Shown: positions 17,856-26,903 of the stretch, piece by piece | Numbering within the stretch: position 1 is the stretch's first letter | How the letters are laid out: every line of letters begins with the position of its first letter | IMG/VR virus record: IMGVR_UViG_3300029258_003221 | Location: 170,632-234,631 of that record | Strand: one strand, 5' to 3' | DNA length: 64,000 nt | Notes under the pieces: model-generated | Told to the model about the DNA's origin: nothing | The model's input: only the letters and a program-made list of their open reading frames with translations | Databases searched by the model: none | Translations under genes and position numbers: made by a program

Positions 17856-19353
17856 CGCTATCATCACCTTCCTGATAACAAGCCCCAATGGACTCATAAA
17901 TCAAATCTTTGTTGTTTTGGATATGTTCCTTGGCCAGATCGTAATCTTCCGAGAAAACATCGTAAAAATGACTAACAAAGTAATTCAAAGCTGTTGGTGC
18001 CATCAGTCGATCTGATGTGAAACACGTTTCCACAACCTTCGTAGCCCAATCGACTACAGCATCTTCTTGGGTGTCTGAAAGTTTATGAGGGCATGAACCA
18101 GCAGGAGCGAGCACAAAATATGTCCCTCTGGTGGGACGTGGCACCCCTGCATTCAACGGGTCAGGCCGATCATAAATGTTCGGTTCGTGATTTTCTTCAG
18201 ATTCACTGCGTCTACGTCGCTTCTTGACCTTGGTTTCAATACCAAGTCGTTCAGCCTGTTTAGCAGCAGTCTGTGCTTTGAGTGGACGTGGCTGGAGATT
18301 CTTGGCCCAGTCTGTCTCCTCAATAGCAGCCCACAATTCACTCTGCCTGTTGAATTCCTGCTTGCTCTCAAGGTCATTGACAACCTGCTGAAACTCATCT
18401 TTGTCAACTTCGACTTTGGTGATGCCTTTGGTGCCTTTTGTCTTGACTTCAATGCCAAGTTCTCGGGCACGCTGATAAGCTACACCAGCAGTCAAAGGAC
18501 GTGGCTTGAGGTTCTTGGCCCAATCTGTTTCTTCAACTGCTTTCCAAAGACTTGAAAGCTTTTTGAATTCACGCTTGCTTTCAAGATCATTGACAACCTT
18601 CTGAAACTCATCTTTGTCAATGACGAGTTTTTCTTTAACGCCTCTGCCCTTGGAACTTTTGGTTTTGGTTTCAATGCCAAGTTCTCGGGCACGCTGATAA
18701 GCCACACCAGCAGTCAAAGGACGTGGCTTGAGGTTCTTGGCCCAATCAGAGTCTTCAACGGCCTGCCAAAGATCTGAAGCTTTGGTAAAGCTATGCTTAT
18801 CTTCCAGATCGTTGACGACCTGCTGAAACTCATCTTTATCGAGGACCAATTTTTGTTTTCCCCGACCAGCACCACCTTTACCTTTGGCACTTTTGGTTTT
18901 GGTTTCAATATCAAGCTCTCTTGCTCTCTGAATAGCAACGGCAACAGTCAACGGACGTGGCTGGAGATTCTTCGCCCAGTCTGTTTCTTCAACTGCTTTC
19001 CAAAGATCTGAAAGCCTTGTGAATTCCTGTTTGTCTTCCAGATCATTGACAACCTTCTGGAATTCATCTTTGTCGATGACGAGTTTTTGCCTTCCACGAG
19101 ACATGGAGTTTTTATTCTCGCCATTTCTCGGCTTAGCACTTTTGGTTTTAATCTCAATGCCAAGCTCCTGTGCTCGTTGAGAAGCAACAGAAGCAGTCAA
19201 CGGACGTGGCTCAAGATTTTTAGCCCAGTCTGTTCCTTCAACTGCTTTCCAGAGTTTGGAGAGCGTAGAAAAATTCTCAGACGATTCCAGATCACTGACG
19301 ACTTTCTGAAATTCATCTTTGTCAATAACCAGTTTTTGTCTTCCACGAGCCAT
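17839..19353 (-). CDS. protein with five tandem ~73-80-aa repeats plus a unique C-terminal domain; putative nucleic-acid binder
   Basis: repeat KLVIDKDEFQxVVNDLE...LWxAVExTDWAKNLxPRPLT...QRARELGIExKTK with basic linkers. Confidence 0.9.
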   Translation of the reverse strand: MARGRQKLVIDKDEFQKVVSDLESSENFSTLSKLWKAVEGTDWAKNLEPRPLTASVASQRAQELGIEIKTKSAKPRNGENKNSMSRGRQKLVIDKDEFQKVVNDLEDKQEFTRLSDLWKAVEETDWAKNLQPRPLTVAVAIQRARELDIETKTKSAKGKGGAGRGKQKLVLDKDEFQQVVNDLEDKHSFTKASDLWQAVEDSDWAKNLKPRPLTAGVAYQRARELGIETKTKSSKGRGVKEKLVIDKDEFQKVVNDLESKREFKKLSSLWKAVEETDWAKNLKPRPLTAGVAYQRARELGIEVKTKGTKGITKVEVDKDEFQQVVNDLESKQEFNRQSELWAAIEETDWAKNLQPRPLKAQTAAKQAERLGIETKVKKRRRRSESEENHEPNIYDRPDPLNAGVPRPTRGTYFVLAPAGSCPHKLSDTQEDAVVDWATKVVETCFTSDRLMAPTALNYFVSHFYDVFSEDYDLAKEHIQNNKDLIYESIGACYQEGDDSDGEQD

Positions 19354-19364
19354 GGTGTTTTTCC

Positions 19365-19592
19365 TCAAATTGGAAAGTCATTGAATTCAGAACGAGTTTC
19401 ATCCTGAACATCAAGAACTTCAATGTGATTGTGACCTGTTGATTCAATACAGATGCAAGTGCCATCAGTGAATCGAATGTTCAAACAATTTGATGACCGA
19501 TCAGTAGCTTCAATTGTTTTCCCTTCAAGGAAATCAATGGTGTCTGAACTGTACGGAACCATCTTGTATTTGTAAAATTCTGAGGGTTTCAT
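19365..19592 (-). CDS. hypothetical protein
   Basis: 75-aa ORF. Confidence 0.7.
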   Translation of the reverse strand: MKPSEFYKYKMVPYSSDTIDFLEGKTIEATDRSSNCLNIRFTDGTCICIESTGHNHIEVLDVQDETRSEFNDFPI

Positions 19593-19670
19593 TTAAGCTT
19601 CCTGATGACCACATGAATTACAGAAACCATCATCATCACAACTGGTCAAATGTTGATTTGATGTGCGACA

Positions 19671-19850
19671 TTAACTAATGTCCATGTAGCTGTCACAACC
19701 GGTTTCTTCCTCTGCCTGTGTTCTGAGAAAATCCTCAAAGGCAGAGTCAGAGTTTTGGTTTTCGATATACTGAAGACACAGTGACAGCTTAGAACTGTCA
19801 TTCCAGCCCTGTTCTTCGCCGATCTCATCAAGAATTGTTTCAGCGGACAT
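19671..19850 (-). CDS. hypothetical protein (below ORF-track cutoff)
   Basis: AGGA SD; MSAETILDEIGEEQGWND..., 59 aa. Confidence 0.7.
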   Translation of the reverse strand: MSAETILDEIGEEQGWNDSSKLSLCLQYIENQNSDSAFEDFLRTQAEEETGCDSYMDIS

Positions 19851-19861
19851 AGTGGTTCCTT

Positions 19862-20452
19862 TCAGCAGGTTTGTAGTTGTCTCTTCCCAGTAAGGTGTCT
19901 AAGACGGTCAAACCATGCTTTTTGAAAAGCATCAAAAGAGTGAGTAGTTTGGCTCAAGCCATCGACTTCTTCTGCCAACGCAGAAAGTCTGGACTTGTCA
20001 TCGCCTATTTTTAAAGATGATCGTTTGTAGATAGTGAATGCTGGCAGCCAAACAGCAGAAGCTACCACTTCAGAAACATTTGTTTCCAGTCCATAGTGAC
20101 GCATCAGAGAAATCTGGTACGCCCAACATCGTCCTTCACGAACCACGGATTGATCTGTTTGTGGCTCGTAACCCCAACTTGTCCCAATTTGCCAGAATTG
20201 GCCCTGTCCATAGCCCCAGCCACCATTGGGAAATTCTTCCAGCTTATCTTTTTCACGGTCAGCAAAGTGTCCCATTTCATGGAACAAATTTGGCATCTCT
20301 GGCTCTGGCCCAGCCCAAGGGCCAATAATGTAACGACCTTCATCATCAATTTCCTGTCCCTCAATCGATAAATCAATCTGAATTGCTGAATCAGATGGAA
20401 AGAAATCTCGTTTCACTTGAGAGACAAGAGGATGATTGAATGAGCGTGTCAT
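19862..20452 (-). CDS. HExxH putative zinc metallopeptidase
   Basis: LFHEMGHF with downstream E (VREGR). Confidence 0.55.
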   Translation of the reverse strand: MTRSFNHPLVSQVKRDFFPSDSAIQIDLSIEGQEIDDEGRYIIGPWAGPEPEMPNLFHEMGHFADREKDKLEEFPNGGWGYGQGQFWQIGTSWGYEPQTDQSVVREGRCWAYQISLMRHYGLETNVSEVVASAVWLPAFTIYKRSSLKIGDDKSRLSALAEEVDGLSQTTHSFDAFQKAWFDRLRHLTGKRQLQTC

Positions 20453-20727
20453 GATGTTTCATATATGTTGTTTAGTTGAATTGGAAAGGGACAAAACTCT
20501 TTGATGTGTTTCCACACACGTTCGGCATCAGTTTTGTTTCTAAACTTATACTGGACATCACGGCGTCCAAACCCCATTCCCGAACCAAGTCTTTCTGGTT
20601 CAGGAAACAAATCATCGACTAAACTATCAATGATCTGGTCTGGATGATCTGATTGATGGGTGTCTATATCTTCACCGGGATTACCATAGTACAGTTCAGC
20701 TTCGTAGCTGACAGATAGAGTAGCCAT
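20449..20727 (-). CDS. hypothetical protein
   Basis: 92-aa ORF. Confidence 0.75.
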   Translation of the reverse strand: MATLSVSYEAELYYGNPGEDIDTHQSDHPDQIIDSLVDDLFPEPERLGSGMGFGRRDVQYKFRNKTDAERVWKHIKEFCPFPIQLNNIYETS

Positions 20728-20735
20728 GTTTGCTC

Positions 20736-20909
20736 TCAGTGGGTGTCACCAAATGTTCTTGTTGCTTCGATCTTAAATTTCGTATTCATATCAGGGTTGA
20801 TGTGACTATCGATCATCCAGTCTTTTTCGACATAAACTCCGGTAGTCACAGTGCAACCCTGCATCATAGCAATAAGCATTACGCCGCCACAAAACATCCT
20901 TGAGAGCAT
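20736..20909 (-). CDS. small putative lipoprotein (below ORF-track cutoff)
   Basis: MLSRMFCGGVMLIAMMQGC lipobox-like signal, 57 aa. Confidence 0.6.
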   Translation of the reverse strand: MLSRMFCGGVMLIAMMQGCTVTTGVYVEKDWMIDSHINPDMNTKFKIEATRTFGDTH

Positions 20910-20918
20910 GTTGTTTCC

Positions 20919-21425
20919 CTACGAAAAAGGTTTATCGAGCAAGATACCAAAGAATTCTTTGATCTCTTTGTAGACCTTGCCGCTGGTACTGAAGCCAAAT
21001 CGACCAGTGGCTCGCTTTTTCACCCAATCCATTACATCACTGCCAAATTCAGATGATCTGGCTTTCCAGTCACAAACCATTTCAGCAACATAAACACGGG
21101 GCATTTCTTCAATGCCGTTCCATGCTTCTGGATGATGAAGGTTTGTAGTTGCATGAGACAACCAAGCAGCTTTAAATTCAGGAGTTCCCACCTGATCGTC
21201 ACGCAAGTGTTTGAATTCAAGCTGATTGTGGATTTTACTGGCATCATGGATCAACCCAAGTCCAATCAGGTCGATCCCCAATTGTGTTTCCCCGCCTTCA
21301 ATCAAACGAGTTCCCAACAGGTATGTGTCTTCACGAACACGATTGATGTGACGTAATACATTATGCAGGTGTCGAACATCTTCGACCGATTGATCGATCA
21401 GTTCTTCTTGAATGTCAGTTGTCAT
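20919..21425 (-). CDS. HD-like protein (DUF5662-type)
   Basis: IHDASK...HATTNLHHPEAW...AEMVCDWKARS; start set at ATG 21425. Confidence 0.6.
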   Translation of the reverse strand: MTTDIQEELIDQSVEDVRHLHNVLRHINRVREDTYLLGTRLIEGGETQLGIDLIGLGLIHDASKIHNQLEFKHLRDDQVGTPEFKAAWLSHATTNLHHPEAWNGIEEMPRVYVAEMVCDWKARSSEFGSDVMDWVKKRATGRFGFSTSGKVYKEIKEFFGILLDKPFS

Positions 21426-21762
21426 TAGATTTCTCCGACCAAGGATGAGGGGAATCAAAATGCCTTTCCCACCATTCCTTACCACGAATATCAAAGCCAA
21501 GGATGCTGTTGTCGTCCAAAACAACCTGTGCTTCTTCACAAAGTTCAACGAGCGATTCGTATTCCTCAACAAGTTGTTTGCCAATATCATCGGCAATTAA
21601 AGACTTGTCTTTCTCTGTTGCCTTCATGAAGGGTGTCAACTCTTTGATTCGATGGCGTGCAAATCCAGTAAAGCTACGGAGACTTGATTTGTCCCCGTAG
21701 CCTTCATTGGTGCCATTGCGAACACTGTCAATTCGATAGCGAAGTTCTTCAGGCATTGTCAT
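21415..21762 (-). CDS. hypothetical protein
   Basis: start set at ATG 21762. Confidence 0.7.
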   Translation of the reverse strand: MTMPEELRYRIDSVRNGTNEGYGDKSSLRSFTGFARHRIKELTPFMKATEKDKSLIADDIGKQLVEEYESLVELCEEAQVVLDDNSILGFDIRGKEWWERHFDSPHPWSEKSNDN

Positions 21763-21925
21763 AGCAAGGTTCTTTGACATCCTGAAGCTCCTTTCTCATA
21801 ACAGTTACATTCTTTGGTGCTTCAATGCCAATTTTTACCTGACTGTTTGTTGATCGAATCACAGTGATGACAATATCATCACCAATGACGATCCTTTCTC
21901 CGGCTTTTCTTGAAAGAACGAGCAT
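21749..21925 (-). CDS. csrA: carbon storage regulator CsrA
   Basis: MLVLSRKAGERIVIGDDIVITVI...QVKIGIEAPKNVTVMRKEL; AAGGAG SD. Confidence 0.95.
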   Translation of the reverse strand: MLVLSRKAGERIVIGDDIVITVIRSTNSQVKIGIEAPKNVTVMRKELQDVKEPCYDNA

Positions 21926-21958
21926 TTGTGATCTCCTTATCCAAAGGAAGTTGTTCAC

Positions 21959-21991
21959 CAAAAAATAAGGCCCGGTTTTGACGCCGGGCCT
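21959..21991 (-). terminator. intrinsic terminator
   Basis: AGGCCCGG/CCGGGCCT stem followed by T-run on minus strand. Confidence 0.75.
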
Positions 21992-22077
21992 CTGATGCGA
22001 TGGGCAAAGTTCCAATCCATCGCACATGACCCTATTTATGCTTCAGTCAGCCAACTTATCGGCTTTACAACCAAAAG

Positions 22078-22869
22078 TCAAGAATCTGTTGCACCATTCA
22101 CAACCGTTTCTCGCTGTTCTGCAAGAATCGTGTCAAGAATCGGCAATTCATTTGGTGGGTGTCCAATTCGGTTTTCAACATAAACCTTACCTTTGCTGCT
22201 CACATCCTTTTCGTAAACAGCACCTTCTGCCCCATTTTCCTGTTTGGCAAAAATGGTCACAGAGTATCCACCTGATGCTTGTGGGCATCCTTTGACAAAT
22301 TCCTCAGACGCACTGATCGCTGCATCTAAATCAGAAAATTCTTTAGTATTCTTTTCAGGTGGAGGACCAACCATTTCATGTTGACGACGTTCCATTTCTG
22401 CATAATCAACATCTTTGTAGTCAACACCTTCCCACAGCTTATCAGAAGCTTCTTCTGCTCGCTTCTTCCAAGCCTCCTGATCCTGCCAGCCTGTTGGAGT
22501 CAGATACCACTCATATTTTTGACCAAGTTCCATTGGATCATCGGACTTATCACGAACAATGATTCTGATCATGTCCACAATGTACGGCTGTTCTGGATCG
22601 TACTTTTCAACAAACTCCAGCTTGGTTGCACCAAAACCCTGATTAGGAGCATGTTCACTCGGAGTTTCATCCAGACGTTCTTCTGGCGTAGCTTTGAGGT
22701 AGCAAGAATTGTGCCATGCAGATGGGTCATACACGTCGCTGTGTCCAGCGTCAAAACCACCAGCGCAGCCAAACCCATCATAAGTACCACGGCAACCATT
22801 TAGACGAACTTCTTCACCTTCACAAAGTTCATGTCCACAACCTTTGCATTTCCAACTGAAGTAACCCAT
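22078..22869 (-). CDS. hypothetical protein (N-terminal CKGC zinc-binding-like)
   Basis: 263-aa ORF. Confidence 0.8.
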   Translation of the reverse strand: MGYFSWKCKGCGHELCEGEEVRLNGCRGTYDGFGCAGGFDAGHSDVYDPSAWHNSCYLKATPEERLDETPSEHAPNQGFGATKLEFVEKYDPEQPYIVDMIRIIVRDKSDDPMELGQKYEWYLTPTGWQDQEAWKKRAEEASDKLWEGVDYKDVDYAEMERRQHEMVGPPPEKNTKEFSDLDAAISASEEFVKGCPQASGGYSVTIFAKQENGAEGAVYEKDVSSKGKVYVENRIGHPPNELPILDTILAEQRETVVNGATDS

Positions 22870-22920
22870 GATATTTTCCTTAGAAAGAAGATTCGAGTTT
22901 TAATGCTTGGTCACAGGGTG

Positions 22921-23418
22921 TCAGATATTGGCCATGCAACCAGTTTTCAGCCATGTTCTCATATAAGTAACAAGCAAAGAGACTTCAGCTTTGTTAAGAG
23001 AGACTTCTCTCGTCCCAATTAACATTGCATCACCCTGTTGCCGAAGAATGTTTTGTGTTCCATGTTTTGGCAAATAACAACGCCATTCAAGAGCTTGGTT
23101 ATCTGACCAATTCCATTTTTCCAAAGCATCAACAAGTTCTGCAATTTCTTCACGATTCAAATGATGATCGTCGCCAACCCACAAAAAACTACTACCGGGT
23201 CTATCAAAAGAATCTTCGTAATCACCGATAGCAGAAGATTGTGCAACAACACGCCACCCATCAAAGCCATCACCTTTCATGAGGTACTCGAAATGACGAT
23301 CACTTTCGAGAAGAACCATGTCTATTTCAAGTTCTGTTGTTTCGGTATTGCGTGTTTTTGCAGCAGCAACGACACACAACAAAACTATCATGGCAACAAT
23401 AAGTGGTTCAATCGACAC
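22921..23418 (-). CDS. hypothetical protein with N-terminal membrane anchor
   Basis: PLIVAMIVLLCVVAAA hydrophobic segment. Confidence 0.75.
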   Translation of the reverse strand: MSIEPLIVAMIVLLCVVAAAKTRNTETTELEIDMVLLESDRHFEYLMKGDGFDGWRVVAQSSAIGDYEDSFDRPGSSFLWVGDDHHLNREEIAELVDALEKWNWSDNQALEWRCYLPKHGTQNILRQQGDAMLIGTREVSLNKAEVSLLVTYMRTWLKTGCMANI

Positions 23419-23429
23419 AATAATTCCCT

Positions 23430-23630
23430 TCAGAACATAGAGTGCATTGGATTTCGACTGCGATTAGATTCTGCCGCAGACAGAAATTTATTGATTGCTT
23501 CATCAAAGTCTGCTTGACTCACTCCCAAGTCTGCACAGATATCTGCTGCCCGATAACATGACAGAGCAATCAAATCACCGCTCATCACATTCTCTGTTAA
23601 ACCTTGCAGGAGGGACAAAAGGATCACCAT
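23430..23630 (-). CDS. hypothetical protein
   Basis: start set at ATG 23630. Confidence 0.55.
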   Translation of the reverse strand: MVILLSLLQGLTENVMSGDLIALSCYRAADICADLGVSQADFDEAINKFLSAAESNRSRNPMHSMF

Positions 23631-23931
23631 GTTTGTCCGCATTTTCTCGGAGGATTGCTCGTCGATCAGCGTTGAAAAGGGTGCTGGTACATCCCTGTCC
23701 AAACGCTGGACAGAGGTACCAGAGTGGTTGCTTAACGATCTCGTCGTAGATTCCGCATCCGAATCTGGGGTTTTCTTCTTCATCGGATGTGATCTCCACC
23801 AAATGCTTGCAAGCTGATTTATCCTCATTCCACTCACCGTATGGACATGGTGCTGTACGACAGCACATCCCTGATCCAACACATGACTGGACGAGGACAT
23901 CAAGATTCAAGGGATTCCTCGAACTGGTCAT
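23575..23931 (-). CDS. cysteine-rich metal-cluster protein (YkgJ-like)
   Basis: SCVGSGMCC...PC...C...CGIY...CP...GC. Confidence 0.6.
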   Translation of the reverse strand: MTSSRNPLNLDVLVQSCVGSGMCCRTAPCPYGEWNEDKSACKHLVEITSDEEENPRFGCGIYDEIVKQPLWYLCPAFGQGCTSTLFNADRRAILRENADKHGDPFVPPARFNRECDER

Positions 23932-24439
23932 ATTGTGCCTCAAATTCCAAAGGAGTCAGTGCAGCAGCCCATTGCGGCATTCCCTCCCAAGAATAAGTGC
24001 AAGGCCATGGCATTCCTTTGCCGTTCTGAATTCCCTCTATTCCATGAATGAACAAATTATCAGTATCGTATTGTGTCCCACAACCACTGGTTTGTGGCTC
24101 TGGAAGTTTGGGGTCGGTGTCATAGAATTTGCCATTCAGATCTACCCAACCTGCCCGATCAAATTCTTCACCGCCAATCATATCGCCTTTACCAACAGCA
24201 AAGGCATAGTCTCTATACTCACGTTCCTCGATTTTAACAAGGTGTCCGTAAGTATCGTTGTCAGCAAATTCATCAATTGCATCACTGGGTGAATCAGCTT
24301 CAACAACAAAGTATGAAGCTTCAAAACCCATGCTTACGGCAATCAACCATGTTTTGCCAAACCAGTCACCGGGGTTGATGACTGGAGCTGTAATCTTCTG
24401 GCCGTTGAGCGTGCCGTGGGCTGTAACTGGTCGAGACAT
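23900..24439 (-). CDS. hypothetical protein
   Basis: 179-aa ORF. Confidence 0.75.
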   Translation of the reverse strand: MSRPVTAHGTLNGQKITAPVINPGDWFGKTWLIAVSMGFEASYFVVEADSPSDAIDEFADNDTYGHLVKIEEREYRDYAFAVGKGDMIGGEEFDRAGWVDLNGKFYDTDPKLPEPQTSGCGTQYDTDNLFIHGIEGIQNGKGMPWPCTYSWEGMPQWAAALTPLEFEAQYDQFEESLES

Positions 24440-24641
24440 TGGGCTTCCCTTTCCATCCTTCCAATTGACGCTTCAACTGCATTTTGAGTGCAAACAGTTG
24501 CTTGTCGTCAAGCATGTTAGATTGGTCAATAGCAAAGACCAATTTCTCTGCCATCTCATAGTTGAGTGAAAGATTGATATCGAGTGGTGTTTCGATATTG
24601 AACCTTGGATTTTCTCGATCTCTATCGGTAGTCATAATCAT
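24366..24641 (-). CDS. hypothetical protein
   Basis: 91-aa ORF. Confidence 0.6.
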   Translation of the reverse strand: MIMTTDRDRENPRFNIETPLDINLSLNYEMAEKLVFAIDQSNMLDDKQLFALKMQLKRQLEGWKGKPNVSTSYSPRHAQRPEDYSSSHQPR

Positions 24642-24643
24642 TT

Positions 24644-24993
24644 TTAGCTTTCAAGGGATCTTTGTACTGCTCCGGGAGTCAGTTGATCGGAATTGGAATC
24701 GAGTACCAGTCCCTCAGTGTACCCGAATGGAAATTTGTGTTGGGTGTCCTTGATGACAAAAAGATGATACTGATTTGAAGTGTCAACTACCCGACTTTGT
24801 GCCGGGTACAATTCAACAGCTTCATTCTCTTCGCCAATCAACTCATTCTTGATTTTCATCATATGCCGCCAATCATGTCGTGGATGACGATCCATTGACT
24901 TAATTGACAACCACCACATTTCAGGCCAACCCTCCGAGATCGGCTGAAGAACACTGGCACACCGTTTGAACACTCCGTAGAGACCATTTTCAT
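24644..24993 (-). pseudogene. 3' part of IS-interrupted gene (WLSIK...HDWR...KNELIG...AVELYP...YHLF family)
   Basis: frame is open up to the IS left end with no native start; joins 26406..26523 in frame. Confidence 0.8.
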
Positions 24994-26405
24994 CTAATTT
25001 GCGGGCAGGAAACCCCTACGGCGAAGCCGCTAGGTTGCAAAGCGAGTGAGCGTAGCGAACGAGACTGCAACCTAGCCTCTTTAGGGTAGTGGGAGGAATG
25101 CCCGCCTCCAAAATAATTAGGACAAAATTGAAATAATTTACGGCAAAATCTGTTTCTACCTACTCTATATAAGAGTGGTATATGAAACAGATAAGAACCG
25201 TTAAACTGCAATTGAAAGTTGATAGCACAATGTTCAAGCCAACGCTTGAGGCATACACCAATGCTTTCAACTATGTATGTCAAACTGCTTGGGACAACCA
25301 AGAGTTTAACGGAGTTCGTCTGCACCACCTGACCTATCACCAAGTCCGTCAAAATACAGGACTTAAAAGCCAACTTGCCATTTCTGCCAGAGTCAAAGCA
25401 ACTGAAGCACTTGCGGCAGTCCAAGCAAGAAAGAAGAAAGGAAAGAAAGTTTCCTGTCCTCAAAGTAAATGCTCGGCAATTCGCTATGATGACCGAAGTT
25501 TGACGATTGACTTTGCTAAACGAACCATCAACATCTTGACGCTGGACGGCAGAGTCAGACTTCCCATCTTTGTTCCCAAATACTTTGAGCAATATCTTAC
25601 TTGGAAACGCTGTTCGGCAGACCTTTTCCAAGTCAAAGGTAAAACATTTTTGCATATTGTATTTGAGAAAGAAACCGAAGATGTTGTGCCTAACGGGAAG
25701 TTCGTGGGGATTGATCGTGGCATTAAAAAGATTGCTGTGGTTAGTGATAATAGGTTCTTCGGTGGTAGAAGAATTAAACAATTGAGTGAACGATATGAGA
25801 GGTTGAGGGGACAACTTCAAAGCAAGAAGTCCCGATCCGCAAAAAGACACTTGGCTAAAATCAGTCGAAGCGAACGGCTTATGCGGAAGGACATCAACCA
25901 TTGCATTACCAAACAAATTGTTGAAGGTCTTGAAGAAGGAACAACCATTGTTCTTGAAAAACTGACTGGTATTCGTGGTGGAGCAAGGAAACTTAACCAA
26001 GAACAAAGACTTGAAGGTAAAAAAACTTTGCGAAAACCACAACGCAAGGAAGTGAACAAGTGGAACTTCTTTCAGTTTGAGCAATTCCTTGCTTACAAAG
26101 CGATGGCTAAGAATTGCCAAGTTGTGTTTGTTGACGCACGATACACCAGCCAACGCTGTAGCAAGTGCGGACACATACACAAAGGCAATCGCCATAAGCA
26201 AAGTAAGTTCAAGTGCAGGAATTGTGGTTTCCAACTGAATGCAGACCTCAACGCTAGTAAAAATATCGTACTCAAATATCTGGACGCTACAAGCTATCCA
26301 GATTGGGCAACTGTCAATTTGCCTAACGGCGGCTTAACGGCTGCTAATGTTCCCGCTTAAAGTGGTGCAACAAGCCCCGCCGTCTTTAGCGGCGGGGTAA
26401 TTGAC
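24994..26405 (+). mobile_element. IS200/IS605 family, TnpB-only (IS1341-like) element
   Basis: left-end hairpin GCGGGCA...TGCCCGC (25001-25105); right-end hairpin CCCCGCCG/CGGCGGGG ending TTGAC at 26405; no tnpA; left boundary after (T)TCAT inferred. Confidence 0.9.
25182..26360 (+). CDS. tnpB: RNA-guided endonuclease TnpB
   Basis: RuvC-I GIDRG, RuvC-II VLEKL, zinc finger CSKCG/CRNCG, RuvC-III NADLNAS all intact. Confidence 0.95.
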   Translation: MKQIRTVKLQLKVDSTMFKPTLEAYTNAFNYVCQTAWDNQEFNGVRLHHLTYHQVRQNTGLKSQLAISARVKATEALAAVQARKKKGKKVSCPQSKCSAIRYDDRSLTIDFAKRTINILTLDGRVRLPIFVPKYFEQYLTWKRCSADLFQVKGKTFLHIVFEKETEDVVPNGKFVGIDRGIKKIAVVSDNRFFGGRRIKQLSERYERLRGQLQSKKSRSAKRHLAKISRSERLMRKDINHCITKQIVEGLEEGTTIVLEKLTGIRGGARKLNQEQRLEGKKTLRKPQRKEVNKWNFFQFEQFLAYKAMAKNCQVVFVDARYTSQRCSKCGHIHKGNRHKQSKFKCRNCGFQLNADLNASKNIVLKYLDATSYPDWATVNLPNGGLTAANVPA

Positions 26406-26421
26406 AATACTCTACATCATC
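26200..26421 (+). ncRNA. TnpB omega/reRNA (5' end approximate); guide = flank AATACTCTACATCATC
   Basis: TnpB reRNA is known to derive from the element right end plus ~16 nt of flank. Confidence 0.6.
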
Positions 26422-26523
26422 TGGCAGGATCATAGGGTTGCCATCAAGATAAACAACCCTTTCCCTTTCAAACAGTTTCCAATGAAGTCCTTTGGGTTTT
26501 TTCTTTTTGCCACGACGTGTCAT
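26406..26523 (-). pseudogene. 5' part of IS-interrupted gene
   Basis: AGGA SD; MTRRGKKKK...DDVEY runs into the IS right end. Confidence 0.8.
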
Positions 26524-26531
26524 GTTGTTCC

Positions 26532-26903
26532 TCAATAAAAAAGTACAGCAATCAGAACCATGACAATGCAACCAAAAAAACAAACAGAAAACACCATTTT
26601 TGAATCAGAGTCTATTTCAAACTTAGAAACTGTTTCAGAATTAAACGAAGCTGTTTGGTAGCCTCTTTCCAAAAGCTGTTTGAATTTTATCGTGCGAATT
26701 TCTTCTTCTGGAATTCGAGAAATGATATGAGCATTGTGTGCTGGTGCGTCCCAGTCAGGAACAGGTGACCAAAGTTGAGTTTTTAAATAAATGTCCCACC
26801 AAGGATATTCAAATGGATCATAATCAGTGAGATCTTCAGGAACTTCAATCAATGCTGCTTCAGCATGAGGCACCAATAATTCCGGGTGCGTGATCATTGT
26901 CAC
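26532..26903 (-). CDS. hypothetical protein with C-terminal membrane anchor
   Basis: hydrophobic C-terminus VFSVCFFGCIVMVLIAVLFY. Confidence 0.7.
   Translation of the reverse strand: MTMITHPELLVPHAEAALIEVPEDLTDYDPFEYPWWDIYLKTQLWSPVPDWDAPAHNAHIISRIPEEEIRTIKFKQLLERGYQTASFNSETVSKFEIDSDSKMVFSVCFFGCIVMVLIAVLFY

Noticed and set aside
18200-19350. CRISPR array or minisatellite
   Set aside because: The repeats are ~220-bp degenerate coding units with synonymous variation and no constant repeat-spacer pattern.
21926-22027. N-terminal extension of CsrA in the ORF track
   Set aside because: The true start is ATG 21925 after AAGGAG; the extension crosses a terminator.
24990-26234. 414-aa minus-strand ORF antisense to tnpB
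   Set aside because: Shadow ORF typical of tnpB antisense frames; no SD or recognisable motifs, and it lies wholly within the IS.
24994-26405. IStron (group I intron-IS) that would splice out and restore the split gene
   Set aside because: The element is antisense to the host gene, and no group I core (P3-P7) sequences were seen.
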